NCBI GenBank assembly: GCA_902770595.1
Contig: CACXTQ010000030.1
Span: forward strand, 7,105-71,104
Length of the DNA: 64,000 bases
Source of the DNA: an uncultured Bacteroidales bacterium
GTDB lineage: Bacteria > Bacteroidota > Bacteroidia > Bacteroidales > UBA3663
Reading direction: 5' to 3'
The translations under genes were made by a program, and so were the position numbers. Under the pieces are notes generated by a model. It had not been told where the DNA came from. It was given only the letters and a program-made list of their open reading frames with translations, and ran no database searches. Below, one piece after another: positions 43,660 to 53,351 of this stretch. How positions within the stretch are numbered: position 1 is the first letter of the stretch; each line of letters opens with the position of its first letter.

Positions 43660-44418
43660 TTAAAGGCGAACGTTGATACCGTGATCGGCAAGATAAAGCT
43701 TAAGTTCACGCATGGGAATCTCGCCGAAGTGGAAGACCGAGGCTGCTAAGGCAGCATCAGCGTGGCCTATCTGGAAAACATCGAGGAAATGCTCCTTGGT
43801 GCCAGCTCCACCCGATGCGATGATGGGGATTGAAAGTTCGTCGGAGAGTCGGGCAAGAGCATCATTAGCAAAACCTTGCTTCGAACCATCATGGTTCATC
43901 GATGTGAAGAGTATCTCGCCGGCACCACGTTCCTGGGCTTCATGCGCCCACTCTAAGAGGTAACGCTGGGTGGGTATACGACCTCCGTTGAGGTAGCAGC
44001 GCCATTGGCCATCGTCCTCAAGGCGGGCATCGATGGCGCAGACACACTCCTGTCGACCAAAGCGCTCGGCAATCTCAGTGATGAGTTCTGGACGTCGAAG
44101 GGCAGACGAATTAACCGACACCTTATCGGCTCCAGCAGCTAGAAGACGTTCAACATCACTGAGTTCGTGTATGCCACCACCCACGGTGAAGGGTATGGAT
44201 ACCTCTGCAGCAATGCGACGGACAAGGTCGGTGAATGTGCGTCGTCCTTCGTGTGAGGCAGTGATGTCGAGATAAACCAGTTCATCGGCACCCATTTGGC
44301 TATATTGCTTGCCGAGTTCAACGGGATCACCAGCATCGCGGAAATTGACGAACTGAACACCCTTGACGGTGGTTCCGTCCTTAACGTCGAGACAGGGGAT
44401 GATGCGTTTGGCTAACAT
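43660..44418 (-). CDS. hisF: imidazole glycerol phosphate synthase cyclase subunit
   Basis: [15 protein letters not shown]...[11 protein letters not shown]...GGGI. Confidence 0.95.
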   Translation of the reverse strand: MLAKRIIPCLDVKDGTTVKGVQFVNFRDAGDPVELGKQYSQMGADELVYLDITASHEGRRTFTDLVRRIAAEVSIPFTVGGGIHELSDVERLLAAGADKVSVNSSALRRPELITEIAERFGRQECVCAIDARLEDDGQWRCYLNGGRIPTQRYLLEWAHEAQERGAGEILFTSMNHDGSKQGFANDALARLSDELSIPIIASGGAGTKEHFLDVFQIGHADAALAASVFHFGEIPMRELKLYLADHGINVRL

Positions 44419-44459
44419 AGCTTAATTAATAATTAACAATTAACAAATAACAATTGCAA

Positions 44460-45191
44460 TTAACAATTGTTTTGTTGGTAGCGTTCGAGTTCAGAGAAGG
44501 TAATGCGACCCTCGTAGATGGCCTTACCAATAATGACGGCGGGGACGTTGGCAGCTTCGAGCTGAAGTACATCCATCATGCAACTGACGCCACCGGAAGC
44601 AATGACATAAAGGTCGGGGAACTCTGCCATCATATCCTTATAGAGTTCAGTGGAAGGACCAGCCATCATGCCGTCTCGCGAAATGTCGGTGGAGATGACT
44701 TTGCTGACGCCACGTGCGGTGTAGCTCTCAAGAAACGTCTGCCAACGAGCATCGCTCTCCTCGAGCCAGCCCTGGATGGCTATGCGACCGTCCTTGATAT
44801 CGGCACCGAGAATGACACGGTCGGAACCATACTGCTGCAGCCAAGCCAAAAAGAGCTGGGGGCGCTGTACCGCAATAGAGCCACTGGTAATCATTTGTGC
44901 TCCACTTTCGAAAGCGATGTGGACATCATCGTCGCTCTTCAATCCACCACCAAAATCGACGATGAGATTGGTTTGGGATGCAATCTGTTCGAGGATCCGA
45001 TGGTTGACAATGTGACCGCCTTTTGCACCATCAAGATCGACAAGGTGAAGACGATGGATGCCGATATCTTCGAACTGACGGGCCATCTCAAGAGGGTCCT
45101 GACTATATTCTTTCTTAGTATCATAGTCGCCTTTGGTAAGGCGAACGAGTTTGCCGTCGATAATGTCAACGGCCGGGATTATTTCAATCAT
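44460..45191 (-). CDS. hisA: ProFAR isomerase
   Basis: MIEIIPAVDIIDGKLVRLTKGDY...LHLVDLDGA. Confidence 0.9.
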   Translation of the reverse strand: MIEIIPAVDIIDGKLVRLTKGDYDTKKEYSQDPLEMARQFEDIGIHRLHLVDLDGAKGGHIVNHRILEQIASQTNLIVDFGGGLKSDDDVHIAFESGAQMITSGSIAVQRPQLFLAWLQQYGSDRVILGADIKDGRIAIQGWLEESDARWQTFLESYTARGVSKVISTDISRDGMMAGPSTELYKDMMAEFPDLYVIASGGVSCMMDVLQLEAANVPAVIIGKAIYEGRITFSELERYQQNNC

Positions 45192-45799
45192 AATAAAAAG
45201 TTGCGTAAAATCTGTTCACCTACTGGGCCTGATTTCTCAGGATGGAACTGCGTAGCCCAAAAGTTGTCCTTGTGGAGAGCAGCACTATAGGAACCGTCAT
45301 AGTCGGTCTGGGCAATGGTGTAGGAACAGATGGGAACATGAAAACTATGCACGTAATAAACGTAATCGCCTTCGTGCAAATTAATAAACAAGCGATTTGA
45401 GTTGCCGTTTTCGGCAGTCATTTCGAACTTCTCAATGGTATTCCATCCCATCTGAGGGACCTTGAATTCCTTTGAAGAAGGACGGAAACGAATGACAGGG
45501 ACATCAAAGATGCCAAGGCAATCGACATCACCTTCCTCGCTGTGACTGCAGAGGAGCTGCATGCCAATGCAAATGCCAAGGACTGGCTGTTGGAGGCCGC
45601 GAATCACGTCGGCAAGGCCAGTTTTGTTGAGATGCTGCATAGCTGCACGCGCCTCACCCACTCCAGGGAAGATGACGCGGTCGGCCTGACGAATAACGAC
45701 AGGATCGTCGGTTATGACAGCATCATGGCCAAGACGGCGGCAAGCACAATAGACACTGTAAATGTTGCCTGCGTTGTATTTGATGATTGCTACTTTCAT
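45188..45799 (-). CDS. hisH: imidazole glycerol phosphate synthase glutamine amidotransferase subunit
   Basis: GNIYSV...LGICIGMQLL (Cys nucleophile)...QFHPEKS. Confidence 0.9.
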   Translation of the reverse strand: MKVAIIKYNAGNIYSVYCACRRLGHDAVITDDPVVIRQADRVIFPGVGEARAAMQHLNKTGLADVIRGLQQPVLGICIGMQLLCSHSEEGDVDCLGIFDVPVIRFRPSSKEFKVPQMGWNTIEKFEMTAENGNSNRLFINLHEGDYVYYVHSFHVPICSYTIAQTDYDGSYSAALHKDNFWATQFHPEKSGPVGEQILRNFLL

Positions 45800-45800
45800 T

Positions 45801-48584
45801 TTAGTCGTTATACCATTGAATCTTGTTGCTGCGCGAAACGCTCGACTTCTGATACTTGAGATCGGAGAGCATAGAGCTCTTGACAGCGATGTTATAGGTG
45901 ACTTTATTGAGGTTCATGTCATAAGACGCATTGAACGAGAAGTTCCAACCCTTGGTGGGTTGCAACGTTCCACTAAAAGTGGCACTATGTACGATGCCAC
46001 GATCAAATTCGCGCTTTTCCTTGTTGAAAGTCTTGTACTGATAGCGCATTGAGTAGGAGATGTTGAGCGACCAGGGTACCGTCCAGACAAGATAACCGTC
46101 GTCATCATACGATCCGGCAGTCTTCTTCTCCTTTCGTTTTCGTTTTTCGGCATTGCGCTGCATGCCTTCGAGACTCGTCGGATCGAGATCTTCCTCGACG
46201 TAGCCATCTTCACTATCGAGGTCGTAGCTTTCGTCTTCCTCTTCCTCATCTTCGTCTCCTCCTCGTCCGAAAAGTTTGGCAAGTTTCTGATTATTGAGCG
46301 AATAGTTAAACGAATAACCCGTTGACATCAAGCGAAGGAATTCACCGTCTTTCCAACGCGGACGGTCGTAATGCCGCCCATTCTCATCGTACTTATAAAC
46401 GTCCCACGAAGTATTGAGGTTCATAGACGAATTCTTGCCCATCTTGATCGTAGCATTGATAGGTACAGTGGTACTCCAGCGCATCGAGTCAGCCACCATG
46501 TTATAGGAGATGCTGGTGGACAATTTGTCGATGATGGAAATCTTCTTGTAACCCGAGGAATCCTTGTCGGAACGTATCTTTGCCTCGATATTATTGTCGA
46601 ATGAGAATGAGATGGAACCACTACGACCCTGAGGAGCACCGCCTTGTGTATAACCCTGGAAATAATTATAACGAACCTCACGACGTCCGGTTACCGATGT
46701 ACTGTCGGGGAGATAATAAGTTCCCCAGCTGCCATATTTCTTTTCGCTGAAGTCGGGTGTATAACTGAACGAAATGTTCGGCGAGAGCACATGACGAACG
46801 GCAAAGAGACGCGACTTCCACAAGGGCTTGAAGAAACCATAGAGTTTGGTGGAGAAACTTAAGGAAGTGCTAAAGTCATAAGAGTTGTAGAAACCATAGA
46901 CGGTATCCTTGGCTATACCGCCATAAGAGCCATTGGAGTTAACCAAAGAGGGATCGTAGTACTGCACGGTCTTGTGGCTGTACATGCGGTCGGTAAAATT
47001 GAAACGCGGTGAGATCTGAATATACTTCGCTGCCGTGAATGTAGCTCCGATGGGTATCGAGTGCTTGATGCCATTCTCCCAATCGCGGAGGATATTTTTC
47101 TGTCCAAACTCGTTTTCCTTGGTTGTGACCTTGTTGGTCATATTCATATTGTAGGTCATCGAGATCTTCTCATACCAACGATCGGAGCCACTCTTCTGCT
47201 TTCGCTTGAAGGGATACCAGGTGCTCATTGAGGCAGTCAACTGTGGCAATGTGACCACGAGTGTGGAGTCAGTAGTACGCTGTGTAATACTCGTCGATGC
47301 CGTCAAATTCCATTTGGTATTTGGAATCTTGTAGCTAGCATTGACTGTTGACTGCTTGGTCGAAGTGGTCAGGTCGTTGCTATAAATCGAAGTGGTGTTA
47401 CTGCGTTCGTAGCCAGAGGTCGTGAAGTTAACGTTGGCCGAAAGACTAAGATTCGGATTGAAACGCGAATCCTGGGAATGACTCCAGGCGACCTTCAAAT
47501 TCTTCTGTTCGACATAGTCGGAAAGTCCCTTGTCGCCTGTCTTCGCCACGAGATAACTGAAGGAGAAGTTGCCCTTGAACTTGTAACGGATGGCATAACG
47601 ACTTTCGGCAGAAAGGCCCCAAGATCCCTTGGTATATATTTCGCCACGTAGTGCCAGATCGACATAATCGTTTATGGCAAAATAGTAGCCACCTTCGCGC
47701 AAATAAAGACCCTTGGTCTGATCGGCACCGTAAGTGGGCACGATGACACCGCTGGAGTAGGATTTGGTGAAGGGGAAATAGCCAAAGGGAATGGCAATAG
47801 GCAACGGTACATCAGCCACGACAAGATAAGCAGGACCAGTGACGATATTCTTATTGGGACGTAAACGACCTTTGGTAAGCTCTATGTAGAAGTGAGGGCA
47901 CTCGGTCTGGTCGCAAGTAGTGTAACGACCATTTTCGAGATAGATGTCGTTATTGGGCATTTTCTTGGTAACGCCACCCGTCACGTAGCCTTCACCTTGT
48001 TGGGAAGTAACGTCACATATGAAGCCCTTGGCCGTCTTGAAGTTGTAAGACATAGTGCGTGTCTCATATTCGCCAGAACTGTCCTTGAAGACCGGTTTGC
48101 CCTTGAGTTTTCCTGTAACGGTATCGGGAACACCATTGGCATGCACGAGAGAACTGTCGAGCGAAAGCTGGAGACGTTCGGCATCAAGGGTGATGTCGGT
48201 ATAGGTGACCTGCGATGAACCGTAAAGCCAAGCCATGTTGCCGGCAGCGAAGACCAGAGAGTCCTGTGCCTTATAGTTAACCACTGCCGTCAATCCGCCT
48301 CCTTCTGGTTTTGTAGACACGGAATCAACTGCTAGCGTATCGATAGAGAGACTGTCGGTGGCAATGAAAAGGGAATCTAGCGACAGGGAATCAACGAGAG
48401 TGTCGGGAGAAACAATGGGAAGAGAAATGGAATCAATAGACTCCTGCAAAGTATCGAAGACGCGCAAAGGCAAAGGCTCAGCATAAACCCTTCTGCCGAG
48501 ACACAGAGGTGTCAGCAGGAGGATTAGTGTAAGCAATATTGGGGCATTGCCCTTGTTTATATGTCGCCTAAAAAACGTATGCAT
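45801..48584 (-). CDS. LPS-assembly protein LptD-like large outer-membrane protein
   Basis: 927 aa. Signal sequence, an OstA-like N-terminal region (GKPVFKDSSGEYETRTMSYNFKT), and a long beta-barrel-like C-terminus. Family call is of moderate certainty. Confidence 0.6.
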   Translation of the reverse strand: MHTFFRRHINKGNAPILLTLILLLTPLCLGRRVYAEPLPLRVFDTLQESIDSISLPIVSPDTLVDSLSLDSLFIATDSLSIDTLAVDSVSTKPEGGGLTAVVNYKAQDSLVFAAGNMAWLYGSSQVTYTDITLDAERLQLSLDSSLVHANGVPDTVTGKLKGKPVFKDSSGEYETRTMSYNFKTAKGFICDVTSQQGEGYVTGGVTKKMPNNDIYLENGRYTTCDQTECPHFYIELTKGRLRPNKNIVTGPAYLVVADVPLPIAIPFGYFPFTKSYSSGVIVPTYGADQTKGLYLREGGYYFAINDYVDLALRGEIYTKGSWGLSAESRYAIRYKFKGNFSFSYLVAKTGDKGLSDYVEQKNLKVAWSHSQDSRFNPNLSLSANVNFTTSGYERSNTTSIYSNDLTTSTKQSTVNASYKIPNTKWNLTASTSITQRTTDSTLVVTLPQLTASMSTWYPFKRKQKSGSDRWYEKISMTYNMNMTNKVTTKENEFGQKNILRDWENGIKHSIPIGATFTAAKYIQISPRFNFTDRMYSHKTVQYYDPSLVNSNGSYGGIAKDTVYGFYNSYDFSTSLSFSTKLYGFFKPLWKSRLFAVRHVLSPNISFSYTPDFSEKKYGSWGTYYLPDSTSVTGRREVRYNYFQGYTQGGAPQGRSGSISFSFDNNIEAKIRSDKDSSGYKKISIIDKLSTSISYNMVADSMRWSTTVPINATIKMGKNSSMNLNTSWDVYKYDENGRHYDRPRWKDGEFLRLMSTGYSFNYSLNNQKLAKLFGRGGDEDEEEEDESYDLDSEDGYVEEDLDPTSLEGMQRNAEKRKRKEKKTAGSYDDDGYLVWTVPWSLNISYSMRYQYKTFNKEKREFDRGIVHSATFSGTLQPTKGWNFSFNASYDMNLNKVTYNIAVKSSMLSDLKYQKSSVSRSNKIQWYND

Positions 48585-48588
48585 TATT

Positions 48589-48641
48589 TAAAAACGCGGC
48601 AAAGTTAGGCATTTTCTTCGATTTTGCCAAACCTTTGCCGC
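48589..48641 (-). terminator. hairpin terminator between topB and the LptD-like gene, overlapping the downstream -7 box
   Basis: Stem gcggcaaag (48596-48604) / ctttgccgc (48633-48641). Minus-strand T-run from aaaaac at 48590-48595. TAACTTTG box at 48600-48607 lies inside the stem. Confidence 0.45.
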
Positions 48642-48687
48642 ACTTTTTTGCATATACGCGCGAAAAGAAAGGGGTTTTTATGCTTTT

Positions 48688-50823
48688 TTAGGAGTTGGAT
48701 GCGTCAAAAGGAAGCCTCCAAGTACAACCTGTCCGCCAATTGGAGCATCCATAGGCAGTACGTCCCTTGATGACATCTCCACCACAAAGGGGGCACTTTT
48801 GCGGCACGGAGAGGGCAGCAGGATCTTGCTGTGAAAAAGATACGGAAGCTGCCAAACTTGGCTGCGACTGGGTCTCTGGGGAAGCAGGCTTTTGGGGCTT
48901 GGTCTTCTTGGGAGTACTGGCTTTTTTGGGGGTAGCGGCTTTCTTAGTTGCTGCTGCTTTCTTCTCGGAGGCGGCTTGTTTCTTTTCCTCTTCCGGGTTG
49001 ACGTAAGCAACTTGACGGTTGGACTGGTCAGACATGACACTATGGATAATGTCGACAACCATCTGCTTGAGTTCGGAGATAAACACACTTGCCTCGTATT
49101 CGCCACGCTCGATCATACGCAGTTTGCGTTCCCATTGGCCTGTCAGTTCAGGGCTTTTAAGCAATTCCTCGTGAATAACCTGAATAACATCGATGCCCGT
49201 TTGGGTGGCGATGAGGTTTTTCTTATCCTTGCGAATGTAGCGTCGCTTAAAGAGCGTCTCGATGATGGCTGCACGCGTGGAAGGACGACCGATGCCGTTC
49301 TCCTTCATAGCTTCGCGAAGTGACTCGTCCTCACATTGCTTGCCAGCCGTTTCCATGGCACGAAGCAATGTAGCCTCGGTGTATGGCTTGGGTGGTTGTG
49401 TCCATTTTTCAAGCAGCGAAGGCGTGTGTGGGCCGCTCTCCCCAACCGTAAATTCGGGCAAGATGGATGCACCTTCCTTGTCGTCATCATCGTCCTTTTC
49501 TCCAGCATAGACAATACGCCAACCAGGGTCGACAATCAACTTACCAGTGGCCTTGAATTCGACCTTCGAGGCCTCGCCCAAAACCGTGGTCGTATTGAAC
49601 TTACAATCAGGATAAAACACAGAAATAAATCGACGAGTCAACAGGTCATAAACCAGGCGTTCTTGTGCACTCAAATTGTTGGCTGGAACACCCGTCGGAA
49701 TAATGGCGTGGTGATCGGTAACCTTCGAATTATCGAACACATTCTTCGACTTTTGGAGCTTCTTGTTCGGCTCAAGCAAAGTGGCTGTCAACTGCTCGTA
49801 TCCTCGCAGTCCCCTAAGGATATTCGGGCACTTGGGATAGACGTCATCGGGAAGATAAGTGGTATCAACACGAGGATAGGTTGCTACCTTCTTTTCGTAG
49901 AGGCTTTGAATGAGTTGGAGTGTCTGGTCGGCACTGAATCCGAACTTGCGGTTGCAATCGACCTGCAAGGATGTAAGGTCATAAAGTCGCTTGGGACTCT
50001 CCTTTCCCGACTTCTTCTGAACATCGGTAATTGTAAACAGACTATCCTTGATAGCTTCGAGTGCAGTCTGCGCCTCTTCAATCTTGTCATAACGACCTTT
50101 GGTGCTGTTGAAGGTGACATCACGATAGAGTGTCTTGAGTTCCCAATACTGCTGGGGGACAAAGTTGACAATCTCGAAATGACGCTTAACAATCATGGCC
50201 AAAGTGGGCGTCTGGACACGACCGATAGAGAGCACCTGTCTTTGTCCCGTTTGGCCGTAACGAATGGTGTAAAGACGGGTGGCATTCATACCCAAAAGCC
50301 AGTCACCGATGGCTCGACTGAGGCCAGCCATATACAGACGATCGTACTTTGCCTGAAGTTCAAGATGCTGGAATCCTTCACGAATGGCTTCGTCGGTCAT
50401 CGAATTGATCCACAAGCGATAAATGGGAATTTGTCCTGCATGTTCACGCTCGATGGCACCCGCTTTCTGCATGACCCAACGTTGTATCAATTCACCCTCC
50501 TGCCCGGCATCACCGCAGTTGATGATGCACTCGGCATTGGCATAAAGGCGACTGATGATTTCGAACTGCTTGCGGACACCATCGTCATCCTTGAGCGTTA
50601 TGCCGAACTTCTGCGGGATTATCGGAAGCCAGACGATACTCCAAGTCTTCCATTTGGGATCATATTCGTCGGGGTTCTTCAATTCACAAAGGTGACCGAA
50701 CGTCCATGTCACCTGATAGCCATTGCCTTCCCAGTAGCCTTGGCGAGGTCCTCCCTGGTTAGCTCCAAGGATCTGTGCGATGCTCTGTGCGACGCTCGGT
50801 TTCTCGGCGATACAAACCTTCAT
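48688..50823 (-). CDS. topB: DNA topoisomerase III (type IA)
   Basis: 711 aa. MKVCIAEKPSVAQSIA (Toprim). Core domains. Lys-rich linker and C-terminal zinc ribbon CPLCGG...CSNWRTGC. Confidence 0.85.
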   Translation of the reverse strand: MKVCIAEKPSVAQSIAQILGANQGGPRQGYWEGNGYQVTWTFGHLCELKNPDEYDPKWKTWSIVWLPIIPQKFGITLKDDDGVRKQFEIISRLYANAECIINCGDAGQEGELIQRWVMQKAGAIEREHAGQIPIYRLWINSMTDEAIREGFQHLELQAKYDRLYMAGLSRAIGDWLLGMNATRLYTIRYGQTGQRQVLSIGRVQTPTLAMIVKRHFEIVNFVPQQYWELKTLYRDVTFNSTKGRYDKIEEAQTALEAIKDSLFTITDVQKKSGKESPKRLYDLTSLQVDCNRKFGFSADQTLQLIQSLYEKKVATYPRVDTTYLPDDVYPKCPNILRGLRGYEQLTATLLEPNKKLQKSKNVFDNSKVTDHHAIIPTGVPANNLSAQERLVYDLLTRRFISVFYPDCKFNTTTVLGEASKVEFKATGKLIVDPGWRIVYAGEKDDDDDKEGASILPEFTVGESGPHTPSLLEKWTQPPKPYTEATLLRAMETAGKQCEDESLREAMKENGIGRPSTRAAIIETLFKRRYIRKDKKNLIATQTGIDVIQVIHEELLKSPELTGQWERKLRMIERGEYEASVFISELKQMVVDIIHSVMSDQSNRQVAYVNPEEEKKQAASEKKAAATKKAATPKKASTPKKTKPQKPASPETQSQPSLAASVSFSQQDPAALSVPQKCPLCGGDVIKGRTAYGCSNWRTGCTWRLPFDASNS

Positions 50824-50905
50824 GTTGATGTTGGCGGATATTGCTAAAATAAATTAAATAGATGTGATGATTGCCAAAATAGCTCGTTTTGGAAAAAATC
50901 GCGTG

Positions 50906-50913
50906 CAAAGATA
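50906..50913 (-). promoter_or_regulatory. -7 promoter box TATCTTTG for topB
   Basis: Plus-strand caaagata, 83 nt upstream of the ATG at 50823. Confidence 0.45.
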
Positions 50914-50956
50914 AAGATTTTTTGCGAAAGTTATCCTTTAATTCAGAAAAAAATGT

Positions 50957-50964
50957 TATCTTTG
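50957..50964 (+). promoter_or_regulatory. -7 promoter box TATCTTTG for the DUF4254-GT9 operon
   Basis: Exact match, 31 nt before the ATG at 50995. Confidence 0.6.
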
Positions 50965-50994
50965 CGGCAAATTTAGTTTTAAAACCCGTAATTT

Positions 50995-51600
50995 ATGAAA
51001 TTCACTGAGCTTTGCGATGGTATCTTCAAACGCTCCATCGCCGACTATCACAAGACCGATAACGTAGATACTCTTATCCAGAATCCCTACGAAAAAGGAA
51101 CGATCGAGTTTTTCCTTTACCTGAAGAATTGGATTGACACCGTGCAGTGGCACTTCGAGGACATCATCCGCGACCCCGAAATCAATCCTGAGGCTGCTCT
51201 TGTGCTCAAGCGCAGAATCGACAAGTCGAACCAGGACCGTACTGATCTGGTGGAAATGATCGACAGTTATTTCCTCGACACTTACAAGAACGTAGAGGTA
51301 CTGCCCGATGCCACCATCAACACCGAGTCACCGGCATGGGCCATCGATCGCCTGTCGATCCTTTATCTGAAGATCTACCACATGCAGGTTGAGGTAGATC
51401 GTACCGATGTATCACAAGAGCATCACGACAAGTGCGCCCAGAAACTTGATGTGCTCCTCACGCAGCGCATCGACTTGACTACGGCCATCGATCAACTGTT
51501 GGATGACATCGCTGCCGGACGCAAGGACATGAAGGTGTACAAGCAGATGAAGATGTACAACGACCCGAACCTGAACCCCGTACTCTACGGCAATAAGTAA
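50995..51600 (+). CDS. DUF4254 domain protein
   Basis: 201 aa. NWIDTVQWHFEDIIRDP...IDKSNQDRTDLVE. In Bacteroidota this family typically precedes a GT9 gene. Confidence 0.7.
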   Translation: MKFTELCDGIFKRSIADYHKTDNVDTLIQNPYEKGTIEFFLYLKNWIDTVQWHFEDIIRDPEINPEAALVLKRRIDKSNQDRTDLVEMIDSYFLDTYKNVEVLPDATINTESPAWAIDRLSILYLKIYHMQVEVDRTDVSQEHHDKCAQKLDVLLTQRIDLTTAIDQLLDDIAAGRKDMKVYKQMKMYNDPNLNPVLYGNK

Positions 51601-51604
51601 CTCA

Positions 51605-52636
51605 ATGAAAACCTTCCGGAAAGTATTGGCCATACGCTTAAGTGCGCTGGGCGACATCTGCATGACGTTGCCCGTACTCGATAGTGTGTCACGAGCCTAT
51701 CCTGACGTGCAGTTCACACTGCTGACCTCGAAAGCAGGGGCCATTGTTATGGAAACGATGCTTCATCAGCCCAACCTTTCGGTGAAGGTCATAAACAAAC
51801 GTGACTATAACGGCATCACTGGGCTCAATCGGCTCTACAAAGAACTGAAGGCACTGGATGTCGATGCTGTGGCCGACCTCCACGATGTATTGCGTACTCA
51901 GTGGGTCGATCTGCGTTTTTGGATTTCAGGAAAACCCGTAAAGAGAATCCAGAAGGGACGTAGCGAGAAGAAGGCCTTGACTACGGGAGCCATCCATCGG
52001 CAACTCACGACTAGCATCGAGCGATACAGACAAGTTTTTTCTGCCCTGGGGTTGGATTTCACCATCGACTATGATGGTGCCTCACATGCCGCCTTGTTGC
52101 GAGAGAAACCTTGTGCCGTATCTCCCGAGACGCTTTCGGCAGGTATTGCTCCCTTTGCGCAACATCGGGGCAAGGTTTATCCGGAAACATTGATGCGACA
52201 GATGCTGAGCTACCTTGTCGAGCAGTTACCCGAAGTAAAAATCTACCTTTTCGGTGGACCAGACGAACAGGAAGTGCTCGACACTTGGGTAGCCGATCAT
52301 CCCGAGCATATCATGAATCTGGCAGGACGGCAGACCATCGAGGACGACCTGCGCTGCATGGCCAACCTCAAGCTGATGGTGTCGATGGACTCCGCTAATA
52401 TGCATCTCTCATCATTAGTGGGTCTGCGTTGCCTCTCCATCTGGGGAGCCACGCATCGCTATGCAGGTTTCTTGGGCTACCAGCAAAACGAAGACGACTG
52501 CATCGAGCTGGCACTACCCTGCCGTCCGTGTTCAATCTACGGCAACAAACCTTGCAAGTACGGCGATTACCGTTGCCTGACCCAAATCGAGCCCAGGATT
52601 GTCGCCCAACGAATCAAGGATATTCTCACCCAGTGA
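51605..52636 (+). CDS. glycosyltransferase family 9 (heptosyltransferase-like)
   Basis: 343 aa. VLAIRLSALGDICMTLPV...DSANMHL. Confidence 0.8.
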   Translation: MKTFRKVLAIRLSALGDICMTLPVLDSVSRAYPDVQFTLLTSKAGAIVMETMLHQPNLSVKVINKRDYNGITGLNRLYKELKALDVDAVADLHDVLRTQWVDLRFWISGKPVKRIQKGRSEKKALTTGAIHRQLTTSIERYRQVFSALGLDFTIDYDGASHAALLREKPCAVSPETLSAGIAPFAQHRGKVYPETLMRQMLSYLVEQLPEVKIYLFGGPDEQEVLDTWVADHPEHIMNLAGRQTIEDDLRCMANLKLMVSMDSANMHLSSLVGLRCLSIWGATHRYAGFLGYQQNEDDCIELALPCRPCSIYGNKPCKYGDYRCLTQIEPRIVAQRIKDILTQ

Positions 52637-52648
52637 CACCGATCGATT

Positions 52649-53335
52649 ATGCGGATATTAATAGCCGAAGACGAACCTCTGGCTGCCCAGAAACTACAAC
52701 TCTTCCTACTAAAACTGGGAGAAGAGGACACGACAGTGTTTGACAATGGCACAGACCTTGTTGAAGCCCTCAATAACATGCCTAGCCCCGACCTACTCTT
52801 CTTGGACATCCAAATGCCTGGACTGACCGGTATCGAAGTGCTCCAGCAATTGCAGACACCAGGTCAGACATCGGGGGGAAAAAACCTCAAGGTGATTATT
52901 ACCTCTGCCTACGACCAGTATGCCATCGACGGATTCAACTTCGGTGTAGCCGATTATCTGCTCAAGCCATATACCCTCGACCGCCTGCGGCAAGCTCTTG
53001 ACAAGGTTCGTCCTGAACCCTTTGTAAGCATTCGTGTGGACGGACGAACCGTACCAATCCGTATCATCGACATTGTGAGTCTGGCCGCACAAAAGGACTA
53101 CACGGAGTTCACACTCGCCGATGGGCGAAAACTCTCGACCATAGGTACCTTGACAGGTTTCGAGCAACAATTGCCCGAGATGCTCTTCTCGCGCATACAA
53201 CGCAGTTATCTAGTGGGTCTCAAGCACGTCAAAAACTATAACGCGAGCGTTGTGTCACTAACCACAGGCGAGGAGTTGCCTATCGGCCGAACTTACCGCG
53301 ATTCGTTCAGACAAGCACTAAAGGCTTTAATATAA
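52649..53335 (+). CDS. LytR/AlgR (LytTR) family response regulator
   Basis: Receiver domain MRILIAEDEP...LLFLDIQMPGLTG. C-terminal LytTR pattern (RIQRSYLV). Confidence 0.85.
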   Translation: MRILIAEDEPLAAQKLQLFLLKLGEEDTTVFDNGTDLVEALNNMPSPDLLFLDIQMPGLTGIEVLQQLQTPGQTSGGKNLKVIITSAYDQYAIDGFNFGVADYLLKPYTLDRLRQALDKVRPEPFVSIRVDGRTVPIRIIDIVSLAAQKDYTEFTLADGRKLSTIGTLTGFEQQLPEMLFSRIQRSYLVGLKHVKNYNASVVSLTTGEELPIGRTYRDSFRQALKALI

Positions 53336-53351
53336 AATCATACTGAAAACC

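Noticed and set aside
48845-48862. Near-copy of the REP-like hairpin (gctgccaaacttggctgc) inside topB
   Set aside because: It has a mismatch in the stem and lies within a coding, low-complexity linker of topB. It is probably coincidental, and I have no evidence of insertion.
49336-50847. 503-aa plus-strand ORF
   Set aside because: It is antisense to topB.
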